A DNA stretch of 64,000 nucleotides from IMG/VR virus record IMGVR_UViG_3300049856_000265, positions 1 through 64,000 of that record; one strand, 5' to 3'. This stretch comes from a virus. Below, one piece after another: positions 47,452 through 55,450 of this stretch (its first letter is position 1; each line of letters begins with the position of its first letter). The notes under the pieces are model-generated. The model saw only the letters and a list, made by a program, of their open reading frames with translations, ran no database searches and was not told the origin of the DNA. The translations under genes and the position numbers were made by a program.

Positions 47452-47480
47452 TTTACAAATTGAGTAACTAGTGCTATCCT
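47452..47480 (+). promoter_or_regulatory. Sigma70-like promoter TTTACA-17-TATCCT
   Basis: TGn-extended -10; contains the second CAAATTGAGTAACT copy. Confidence 0.6.
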
Positions 47481-47499
47481 CAAAATATAGGAGATCTAA

Positions 47500-47745
47500 A
47501 TGAGTAAAGTAGGACAATCGATCAGGCTTAAGCAAAGCGAAACCAAGCCTTATGTAACTTTAGGCATCGCGACAACTGACGAAGGCTATGAACTTCGCAG
47601 GGTAACGGTAAGTGGTCTTGAAGTACAAGCTTTTAAAGTATTGCTTAAATCTAAAGAACGTGCGGAAGTAATGCAGCAATTGCAACTCGAGTTGAGTGCT
47701 TATATTATTAACTTTAATCGTGGTGAAACTAAGGAGACTAAATAA
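47500..47745 (+). CDS. Hypothetical protein
   Basis: AGGAG RBS. Confidence 0.6.
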   Translation: MSKVGQSIRLKQSETKPYVTLGIATTDEGYELRRVTVSGLEVQAFKVLLKSKERAEVMQQLQLELSAYIINFNRGETKETK

Positions 47746-48239
47746 TGGAAGAAATGTGGGAATCTATAAAAGATTATCCCGATTATCAAGTAAGTAATTC
47801 TGGTAAAGTTTATTCTCTAAAGAATAATATGGAATTAAAAGGTCAAGTTGAGCGTTCTGGGTATAGGTTAGTTAAGCTTTTTATTAATGGAAAAGCTAAA
47901 TCTTGGATGATCCATCGACTTGTAGCCAATGCTTTTATGGATAACTGGAATAATAAGTCTCAAGTCAATCATAAAGATGGAAATAAACAAAATAATTACT
48001 TTCTTAATCTAGAATGGGTTACGGCTTCTGAAAACCAATTGCATGCTATAAAAGAAGGTCTTGTACGGCATTGTGAAGGTGAAACGCACTTTAATTGTAA
48101 GCTTAGTTCTAATGATGATGCTGAAATTGCAGAATTATACAAAACGCAATCACAAGTACAAATTGCTAAAATGTATGAGATTTCTCAGTCTAGTGTTGGA
48201 CGGGCTTTAAATCGTTATTATAAGAAAGGAATTAAATAA
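47745..48239 (+). CDS. NUMOD4-HNH homing endonuclease
   Basis: EMWESIKDYPDYQVSNSGKV, IHRLVA, VNHKDGNKQNN…NLEWVT..EN. Confidence 0.9.
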   Translation: MEEMWESIKDYPDYQVSNSGKVYSLKNNMELKGQVERSGYRLVKLFINGKAKSWMIHRLVANAFMDNWNNKSQVNHKDGNKQNNYFLNLEWVTASENQLHAIKEGLVRHCEGETHFNCKLSSNDDAEIAELYKTQSQVQIAKMYEISQSSVGRALNRYYKKGIK

Positions 48240-48905
48240 ATGAATCGTTCTGAATCAATTAGTAAATTGGCTGTAGCTTTGCTTAAAGCTCAAGCAAGTA
48301 TGGGTAATGCCAGCAAAGGCGCATCTAATCCTTACTTTAAATCGAGCTATGCCGATCTTAACTCTATTCGTGAAGTCGTAACTCCAGCTCTTAATGCTAA
48401 TGGCATTACGGTGCTTCAACCTACTACTACTTTGGATGGTAGGGCTTTTGTTGAAACATTGCTTCTCCATGAATCAGGTGAATTCTTGTCAAGTTTGACT
48501 GAAATTACAGTAGCTAAAGCTAATGATCCTCAAGCGGCAGGTAGCGCTATTAGCTATGCCCGTCGATATGGTCTGCAATCCTTCCTTAGTGTTGGTGCAG
48601 TAGATGATGATGGCGAAAAGGCCATGGCTCGAGGTCCTAGCCCTGCTCAACAGAAATGTGAGGCTAAAGCCGCGTTTAAGGCCGCCACCGCCGCCGTCTC
48701 AGAACCCCCTACAGTGCCCGCTACGCTTCCTGCAAGCGCCGTAGCTGAACGTTTGGCCGTAACTAGGCCCGAGGTATCGGCTGCTCCTGTCGCAGCTCCT
48801 GAGGCCGTTAAAACGCCTAAAAAGACCCCGTTTAATAAGCCGGGCAAGGTAGCAACCCCAACTCCTATAAGTAATGGTACTGGCGACGCTGGAGGTTGGT
48901 CATGA
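48240..48905 (+). CDS. erf: ERF-family single-strand annealing protein
   Basis: NPYFKSSYADL, LLHESGE, PQAAGSAISYARRY, DDDG. Confidence 0.9.
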   Translation: MNRSESISKLAVALLKAQASMGNASKGASNPYFKSSYADLNSIREVVTPALNANGITVLQPTTTLDGRAFVETLLLHESGEFLSSLTEITVAKANDPQAAGSAISYARRYGLQSFLSVGAVDDDGEKAMARGPSPAQQKCEAKAAFKAATAAVSEPPTVPATLPASAVAERLAVTRPEVSAAPVAAPEAVKTPKKTPFNKPGKVATPTPISNGTGDAGGWS

Positions 48906-49000
48906 AATGGGTAATTGCATTGGTAGCTTTGGCTGCTTGTGTGACTTCAGGTCAAGTAAGAGAACATAATCACGATACTCATAATAAAGGAGTTAATTAA
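48902..49000 (+). CDS. Tiny lipoprotein-like peptide (32 aa, not in ORF track)
   Basis: GGAGG RBS; MKWVIALVALAAC lipobox. Confidence 0.5.
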   Translation: MKWVIALVALAACVTSGQVREHNHDTHNKGVN

Positions 49001-49001
49001 A

Positions 49002-49238
49002 ATGTCTGAATCGAATAGTAAATATGTAAAAGTAGGTCAAATTGTTTTGAATACGGATAAAGAGGGTAAAGAGTATCAACAGTTAATTCTCAATAAAGAA
49101 TTTATTGAAAATGCTAATAATCTTATTAAATTGGCTTTTCTTGATAAGAGCGGTGGTCGTCGCTTTAATATTTTTGAGCCATTTGAAGGTGCACCATCTT
49201 TTGTTAAATATAATGTTTGTGTAAAAAAAGCAGAATAG
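49002..49238 (+). CDS. Hypothetical protein, possibly SSB-like
   Basis: AGGAG RBS; follows ERF. Confidence 0.55.
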   Translation: MSESNSKYVKVGQIVLNTDKEGKEYQQLILNKEFIENANNLIKLAFLDKSGGRRFNIFEPFEGAPSFVKYNVCVKKAE

Positions 49239-49248
49239 TAATACAATT

Positions 49249-49413
49249 TGTGCAACGGCGTGGAAAGCTGTGGAGCTAGTGATTAACGATAGTCGGCTTA
49301 AGAGCAACGGATCACACGATATGTACCACTGGAGACACGCAACGAGCCGTCGTAGGGGCCATGTAAGAATGATCGGCAATTCCTCTAAGCCAGAGTCGCG
49401 TCTGGCTTGCACA
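49249..49413 (+). ncRNA. Non-canonical tRNA-like structured RNA, copy 2
   Basis: Closing stem TGTGCAA/TTGCACA, GCGTG/CACGC and GCCAG/CTGGC; core shared with 38048-38231. Confidence 0.8.
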
Positions 49414-49422
49414 ATTCATTTT

Positions 49423-49490
49423 GAGTTGGCTAGGTCGCGCCTAGTCCTGACCTGATGGTACCAGGTGACTCCGGGGAGAGACCCGACCAT
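49423..49490 (+). ncRNA. Compact pseudoknotted RNA
   Basis: GAGTT/GACTC, GGCTAGG/CCTAGTC, ACCTG/CAGGT, CGGG/CCCG; loop ATGGT is complementary to 3' ACCAT. Confidence 0.6.
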
Positions 49491-49502
49491 TTTAGGAGAA
49501 AT

Positions 49503-49673
49503 ATGAAAAAATCAGCTAATGAACTTGCTAAAGGCTCTAGTCGTCGAAGACGAAATGAACGAGCAAATACCTATCAAGCTATATTGAATGGCGAATTGGT
49601 ATTGCCTAAAGTTAGAGTTAAAAAGCCTACTAAAAAGCAACGTCGTCTTGCTAAGGCGGCGCTAAATGGATAA
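49503..49673 (+). CDS. Small basic protein
   Basis: AGGAG RBS; ATG at 49503; Arg/Lys-rich. Confidence 0.6.
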   Translation: MKKSANELAKGSSRRRRNERANTYQAILNGELVLPKVRVKKPTKKQRRLAKAALNG

Positions 49674-49953
49674 TACACCTAAGTTTCAAGAACCCGTGCC
49701 CTTGTTTGCAGACGATGCCCCTTCTTTGATCAGCGATGAGCTAGCAAGTAAACTTAATCCAGAAGAAGGTCCTTTAACCGAAGCTGAGATTGAGAACTTT
49801 AAACGAGTCCTTTCTGGATTGCCTAAAGATAAGAAAGTTCGTCCTCAACGCTATTGGTACAATGGTGACTTGATTAGTCGTGAAGAACATGATAAACTGA
49901 GCTGGCAAGAGAGACATGACAGTAGTAATCGTGGTAATAGTAGATTGAAATAG
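49666..49953 (+). CDS. Hypothetical protein
   Basis: Overlaps the previous stop. Confidence 0.55.
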   Translation: MDNTPKFQEPVPLFADDAPSLISDELASKLNPEEGPLTEAEIENFKRVLSGLPKDKKVRPQRYWYNGDLISREEHDKLSWQERHDSSNRGNSRLK

Positions 49954-49956
49954 ATT

Positions 49957-50043
49957 TTACAGCGAGCTATAGGACGTCTAAAGGCTCCGCAAGGTAGGGG
50001 ATGAATTCCTGATTGGTCCGGTAAAACGGACTAAGTGCTGTAA
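49957..50043 (+). ncRNA. Cloverleaf-like multibranch RNA
   Basis: TTACAGC/GCTGTAA closes four hairpins, including CC-GCAA-GG and TTGGTCCG/CGGACTAA. Confidence 0.6.
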
Positions 50044-50174
50044 GTACGAGTCACCTGCGCTGTGGTGAGATTGGCTAAGCAACTGTAACGGGTTTTATTA
50101 ATATTGCCCAGTGCCTAAGAAATATTAGTAGCTGTGGACCTCGTGGCTAGAAGGGTGTAAGTCCCTAGGGGTAC
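50044..50174 (+). ncRNA. Pseudoknot- and T-loop-containing RNA upstream of primase-helicase
   Basis: TCACC/GGTGA; GGGT/GCCC hairpin whose loop TATTAATATT pairs with AATATTAGTA; GGG-TGTAAGT-CCC. Confidence 0.5.
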
Positions 50175-50194
50175 GATTTTATACTGGAGGAGAG

Positions 50195-52147
50195 ATGCAA
50201 TTGGACTTTATTCGCGTTAGTTGTGGTCTTAACGACAAAGGCCGCCTTATCCCAGCTTCCGAACTTGGGAATGCAATTCAAGATCATAATAAAGATTACT
50301 ATCGCTCTATTTTTAAGTACACCGATAAACATTATGCCGACTTTCAAAAGTCAGGCTCCGTAGCAGGCGTTACCGATCTATTGACGTCAAGCTTAGTTTT
50401 TGACTTCGATTCAGCTCTTAATCCAGAACTGGCGCGGCAAGATGCGGTAGAACTAGTTTCAAGGCTTATGAAAGCTGGAGTTAATACTGACGACTTTATG
50501 GTAGCTTTTAGCGGGCAAAAAGGCTTCAGCATTGAATTAGATACCCGCCATACCTTTACCCCTATCCAAATGAAGCGGTTAGCCTCAAATCTAGCTAAAG
50601 ATCTTAAAACATTTGATACTAAGATCTACAACGCCTCTAGGATCTTCAGGTTGCCCTATACGAAGCATCCAAAGACTGGATTGTACAAACTACCTATTAC
50701 GGTAGGCCAGCTTTCAGAGCTTAATATGGATCAAATTAAAGCCATGGCTAAAGACTTGGATAATGCTGCAGATCCAGCTAATGCTGAAGTAACATTACCT
50801 GAGACTCTTTTGGATATCTTCCAGCCTGAGAAGGAAGTTAAGCCTGTTTATGATGGCGAAGAGCTTAGCCAAGACTTTAAAACCTTGGACTTCTCGACTT
50901 GCCATAAGTCCATGCCTAAGTGCAAATTCTCATTGTTGAATGGGTTCTTTAAGCCAGGGAATAGAAACCATGCCTTGATGGCGCTAGCGGCGCATTATAA
51001 AAGCCATGGTACGCCTAAAGAAGTAACTTATCGCATCCTAAAAGGTGCAGCTGAACTTCAAGCTCGTCGCTTTAATCAAGAACCTTATGAAAATGACAAG
51101 ATCTGGAATGAAATCGTCAAAGTAGTTTATAGCCCGACTTGGAAGGGTGCAGTCTATTCCTGTAAAGATCAGGAATGGCTTAAAGAAGTCTGCCCTAATG
51201 ACGGGATGTGTAATTCTAAGCAACGCGATTCGGTAACTGACGTTACGGAAATGGCTGCTAGTTTTACCGACTTCTCAACTAACCTTGAAAAGAATCTTAT
51301 TAAAACTGGGCTTAAAAGTCTAGATGACAAGCTTATGCTTTTGACTTCGACCTCAGTAGGTCTTTTGGGTGCACCTGGATCAGGTAAAACTTCTTTAGCT
51401 CTTAAAATCCTAGCCAATGCTAAAGAGTCTGGTAGTTGTGGACTTTTCTGTTCTTTGGATATGGGTAAGCCCATTGTATTTGCTAAAATGGCCATGAGTG
51501 TTTCAGGACTTAATGATCGCGCACTTATCGACGTGTTTAAGAACAATCCAAAGAAGCGGGAAGAGATTAGCCGCGCCGTTAAAGAGAAGTACGGATCCTT
51601 TCCTATTTCCTTCAGGTCTGGGCAATCTGTCCAGGATGTTAAGGAACTCGTAATTGATCAGCAGGAAAAACGTGGTGAAAAGATCAAGCTTGTAGTTTTG
51701 GATTACCTTGAGCTTATCGGTGGCCCCTATTCTGATGCCACAGCTAATTCTGCTTATATTTCAGCACAGCTTAAAGATCTTTCAACGGATCTTGAAACTT
51801 GCGTAATTACCTTGGTTCAACCTCAGAAGTCGGCGGGTGGTGCGGAAGTGCCGCTTGAGTCTATGCGCAAGATTAAAGGTGCCTCGGCTCTTGAGCAGAA
51901 CTTTAGAACTATTCTTTCGGTATTTCGAGAAGGGTTTAGCCCAACGCATCCAGAAAATGATAAGTACATGACTATTAACTGCCTTAAAAACACTTTGGGT
52001 GGATTGTTTAGTGTAGATTACCGTTGGAGCGGCTTGCAAGGGGAGCTTTACGAGATGACTTCAGAAGATAAGGTTGATTTGGCCTATCTTCGTGAACAAA
52101 ATGCTAAGAAAAAAGATGATTCTAAAAGTTCAGGTTGGGGAGATTAA
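50195..52147 (+). CDS. Primase-helicase (AEP-like primase plus SF4/DnaB-like helicase)
   Basis: VFDFD, FSGQKGF, RIFRLP; GNRNHA; Walker A GAPGSGKTS, VVLDYL, KGASALEQ. Confidence 0.85.
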   Translation: MQLDFIRVSCGLNDKGRLIPASELGNAIQDHNKDYYRSIFKYTDKHYADFQKSGSVAGVTDLLTSSLVFDFDSALNPELARQDAVELVSRLMKAGVNTDDFMVAFSGQKGFSIELDTRHTFTPIQMKRLASNLAKDLKTFDTKIYNASRIFRLPYTKHPKTGLYKLPITVGQLSELNMDQIKAMAKDLDNAADPANAEVTLPETLLDIFQPEKEVKPVYDGEELSQDFKTLDFSTCHKSMPKCKFSLLNGFFKPGNRNHALMALAAHYKSHGTPKEVTYRILKGAAELQARRFNQEPYENDKIWNEIVKVVYSPTWKGAVYSCKDQEWLKEVCPNDGMCNSKQRDSVTDVTEMAASFTDFSTNLEKNLIKTGLKSLDDKLMLLTSTSVGLLGAPGSGKTSLALKILANAKESGSCGLFCSLDMGKPIVFAKMAMSVSGLNDRALIDVFKNNPKKREEISRAVKEKYGSFPISFRSGQSVQDVKELVIDQQEKRGEKIKLVVLDYLELIGGPYSDATANSAYISAQLKDLSTDLETCVITLVQPQKSAGGAEVPLESMRKIKGASALEQNFRTILSVFREGFSPTHPENDKYMTINCLKNTLGGLFSVDYRWSGLQGELYEMTSEDKVDLAYLREQNAKKKDDSKSSGWGD

Positions 52148-52148
52148 T

Positions 52149-52460
52149 ATGGAAAATGATGTAGTGCCTGCGATCTTGTTTATCGGTGAAGTTGTCAAAG
52201 TAAGTACTAAGATTATGACAGAACTTGAACCTGAACCAGGTGAAGATGCTGAAGTTCAAACAGCTAGTGTCATGTTGTTGGGTACTGTTTTGGATAGTGA
52301 TTGTATGTATTTGACATTGGGTGTAATTGATGAAGAAGGCGAATCGCACCCTAAACTCGCCATTAAGCATGCAGATATTGAATCTATCCAAGTTTATGAA
52401 GACGATGTTGAAAATATGCTCGATCCAGCTAAAGCCGTTGACGGAAGTTTAATTAATTAA
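52149..52460 (+). CDS. Acidic hypothetical protein (possible Sm-like fold)
   Basis: GGGGAG RBS; ATG at 52149. Confidence 0.55.
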   Translation: MENDVVPAILFIGEVVKVSTKIMTELEPEPGEDAEVQTASVMLLGTVLDSDCMYLTLGVIDEEGESHPKLAIKHADIESIQVYEDDVENMLDPAKAVDGSLIN

Positions 52461-52463
52461 ATC

Positions 52464-54623
52464 ATGCGTAAAACAGAAGTAGTAACCTCCTCAGCTAGGC
52501 TTGAAGAGTTAACTGAGCTATTCTGGGAATCGCCCTATCTTGCGACCGATACTGAAACAACTGGCCTGAAGCGGTTTGACGAAGTAGTAGGCATCTCCTT
52601 TAGTCCTAATGCTGATTACGGTATTTATATCCCTATCAAGATCTGGAATGGTCAAGAATTAGTTAAGCCTTGGAAAGACGAGGCAGGTTGCTATGTTTTC
52701 GATTGGATTACTATGCAGTTATTAAAGTCTAAACGACTAATTACTCATAACGGATCATTCGACGCTAAGGTAATAAATACGACGTTTGGTATTGATGTTA
52801 TCGATAAGATCTTTTGTGATACTCAATTACTGCATCATACTCTTGATTCCGATCCACCCCACGGTCTTAAGCCGCTGGCCGCCAAGTTTATTAGTGAGGA
52901 TGCTAATGCCTCCCAGGACGATTTAAAGGCCTCTGTAATAGCAAACGGCGGTAGTTGGAATGCCGAGAACAAGGAATTCTATAAAGGTAACTGGAAGCTT
53001 CTGGGGACATATGGTGCCTACGATACGATCTGGACCTATGCTTTGTTTGAGAAGTTCTGGGCCGAGCTGAACCTGCCTAAGAATGCGAAGCAGCTTAAAC
53101 TATTCCAAGAAGAAGTTATGCCGCTTCAAGCCAGTACTTATGATATGGAAACTTATGGAATTCGTGTGGATGTTGCCAAAACAGAAGTACTTAATGCGCA
53201 AATGGCTCAGCAAATTGAAGTTTTAGAAGATGAAGTCTACGCTACTATGTCCGATCAGCTTAGATCGTACGAGCTTAATAAGATCTTTGAAACTACTAAG
53301 ATGACCAAAGCTTCGGCTTTAGGTAAGGCTTTAATAGCCGCTAATCTTGAGCCTAATCCAGAAGATCCAAGAGTTCAAGATATCGCTTACGATTTAGCTA
53401 TTAAAAGAAAAGAAACTAAACGAATCTTCAATTTAGATGCGGGAGATGACAAAGCTTTTCTGATCTATGATCTTATGGGAATTCCCTGTACTGAGTTTAC
53501 AGCTTCGGGTAAGCGTAGTACTGCTAAATCTACTATGGATGCTTTAGCTGAAGCTAATGAAGATCGTAGCCCCGTCATTAAAATGATTAGGCAACGAAGT
53601 GGTGAAATCAAACAGAAAACTACTTATGTTGAGGCTATTCAATCCGACCATATTGATGGGCGAATCTATAGCGGTTTTCGTCAAGTAGGCACTACCTCAG
53701 GACGCTATAGCAGTGGGGGTAGTAGCATTAACATGCAGACCCTTCCTAAAAATGACACTAGGATCAAGTCGCTGTTCATCCCAGATCCTGGATGGGTTTT
53801 TGTGGCGGCTGACTACTCAAGCCTAGAACCTAGAGCCTTTGCCGCAGCTAGCGGTGAGCCTAAACTTAAGAAGATTTTCACGGATGGGCTAGACTTCTAT
53901 AGCTCTATCGCAATTGATGTATTAGGTTTGAAGGGGGTATCTGCTAATCCAGAAGATTCAGATTACTTGGGAACTGTAGATAAAGATAAAAGACAGTGGG
54001 TTAAGGCCATAGCACTCAGCATTCCCTATGGAGCAGAGGCTGGAAGATTAAGCCAATTATTAAAGGTTGATTATCAAGAAGCTCAAATAGTCGTTGATAA
54101 GTATTTAAAAGCCTTTCCCATTCTTAAACAATGGATGGATCGATGTGCTTTAGAGATGAAAATGAACGGCTATGTTGATGGAATCTCAGGTCGAAGAAAG
54201 CGCGGCGATATTGTTAAAGAATTATATGATAAAGGAGTTAGAGATTTCGGTAAAAAGAATACGGAAAAGGTCTTTAATAAAATAGGACCTAGAGAAGGCA
54301 TAAAGGACGCCATCGGCCTATATCTAGAATGCCGTAATCTATTGAACGTATCCAGAAATCATAAAATTCAGTCATTAGCAGCTTCTATTTGCAATCGAGC
54401 TATGATTAAGTTCCGAGAGTCTATCAAGGCTTCAGATTTAAATGCTACAATTATACTTCAGGTGCATGACGAGCTTGTAGCTACTTGTCCTAAAGAACAA
54501 GCGGAAAGGGTAGCTGCCATACTAAAAGAATGTATGGAGCATAATGCCATTACTGCCATTTTGGATATTCCTTTTATAGCTGAACCGATCATTACTGATA
54601 AATCTCTTGCTGAAGCGAAATAG
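52464..54623 (+). CDS. polA: DNA polymerase family A with 3'-5' exonuclease
   Basis: DTETTG, HNGSFD, YGAYD; TTSGRYSS, ADYSSLEPR, KAIALSIPYG, QVHDEL. Confidence 0.93.
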   Translation: MRKTEVVTSSARLEELTELFWESPYLATDTETTGLKRFDEVVGISFSPNADYGIYIPIKIWNGQELVKPWKDEAGCYVFDWITMQLLKSKRLITHNGSFDAKVINTTFGIDVIDKIFCDTQLLHHTLDSDPPHGLKPLAAKFISEDANASQDDLKASVIANGGSWNAENKEFYKGNWKLLGTYGAYDTIWTYALFEKFWAELNLPKNAKQLKLFQEEVMPLQASTYDMETYGIRVDVAKTEVLNAQMAQQIEVLEDEVYATMSDQLRSYELNKIFETTKMTKASALGKALIAANLEPNPEDPRVQDIAYDLAIKRKETKRIFNLDAGDDKAFLIYDLMGIPCTEFTASGKRSTAKSTMDALAEANEDRSPVIKMIRQRSGEIKQKTTYVEAIQSDHIDGRIYSGFRQVGTTSGRYSSGGSSINMQTLPKNDTRIKSLFIPDPGWVFVAADYSSLEPRAFAAASGEPKLKKIFTDGLDFYSSIAIDVLGLKGVSANPEDSDYLGTVDKDKRQWVKAIALSIPYGAEAGRLSQLLKVDYQEAQIVVDKYLKAFPILKQWMDRCALEMKMNGYVDGISGRRKRGDIVKELYDKGVRDFGKKNTEKVFNKIGPREGIKDAIGLYLECRNLLNVSRNHKIQSLAASICNRAMIKFRESIKASDLNATIILQVHDELVATCPKEQAERVAAILKECMEHNAITAILDIPFIAEPIITDKSLAEAK

Positions 54624-54635
54624 ATAGTCTATACT
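54607..54635 (+). promoter_or_regulatory. Sigma70-like promoter TTGCTG-17-TATACT
   Basis: ATG 6 nt after the -10 box. Confidence 0.55.
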
Positions 54636-54641
54636 AAACTT

Positions 54642-54809
54642 ATGAAACAAAAAGACAAGATCAAAAAGCTACTTAACGAAGCTTATGAAATGCTTAGTCG
54701 GCAGGTACTCCCTAGCGAAGAGCTGAAAGCGCGTGCTATGCTTAAAATGGCTATTAATATCGTCTTGGATGCTGAGGACGAAGAAGCCCCTAAGAGCGGT
54801 GCTGTATGA
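54642..54809 (+). CDS. Small hypothetical protein (55 aa, not in ORF track)
   Basis: MKQKDKIKKLLNEAYEMLSRQ…GAV; directly follows the promoter. Confidence 0.55.
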   Translation: MKQKDKIKKLLNEAYEMLSRQVLPSEELKARAMLKMAINIVLDAEDEEAPKSGAV

Positions 54810-55105
54810 ACGTAAGTATGGCTGTATTTATGCTAGTAGTTAATGCCATACTTAATTTTATAGCAGTTGGTGCAAATGCTCAAGATGAAGAACGTCATGA
54901 AGTGAGTGGTTTTTGGTTTATTGTTGGACTTCTTAATATTTGGGCTATTTACGTAATGTTGGGGTAATAAAATGATCACTATTTGGACAGTACTCAAAAT
55001 ATGGTTTGCTTGGGTAGTTCTTGCCCCAGTTGTCGCCATCTTGACTATCTTTGGAATAGCCGTAAGCTATTCAGCTGTTCAAGAACTTTTTAGAAAGAAA
55101 CATAA

Positions 55106-55450
55106 ATGAGCGTCCTGTCTGGTATCCAAGACACGTTCTATTTATTGGCTAGAGAAGGTAAAGAGCCTTCTTTTATCGAAATTGAAGCCAATGACTATGC
55201 GGCTTTACTAAATGAAATGGAATCGCAGCAATCCTATTATCTTAGAGATCCTATGCCCGAGCCTCCAGTTGCCAAGTATACGGTTAATTGGTTTGGTGCA
55301 ATTGATTCTAAAGAATACGATCATTCTGCTCCAGCCTATCTGGATGCGTTGAAGAAATGGCAAGATCAGCAAGAAGCTAAATCTAAAGAACCTCAAAAGC
55401 TTGTAATGTGGGCTCCTTGGGGTCAAGTCGAAATAAAAATGAAGAAATGA
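55106..55450 (+). CDS. Hypothetical protein
   Basis: ATGA-coupled chain of small ORFs. Confidence 0.55.
   Translation: MSVLSGIQDTFYLLAREGKEPSFIEIEANDYAALLNEMESQQSYYLRDPMPEPPVAKYTVNWFGAIDSKEYDHSAPAYLDALKKWQDQQEAKSKEPQKLVMWAPWGQVEIKMKK

Noticed and set aside
49270-49455. 61-aa ORF over tRNA-like copy 2
   Set aside because: No RBS and a GTG start; the homologous copy at 38048 does not conserve this protein, while base pairing is conserved.
49452-49481. Hammerhead or HDV/theta ribozyme
   Set aside because: CTGATGG is not CUGANGA and no GAAA core follows. The 3' end pairs with a hairpin loop rather than forming the HDV P2/P1.1 nested double pseudoknot.
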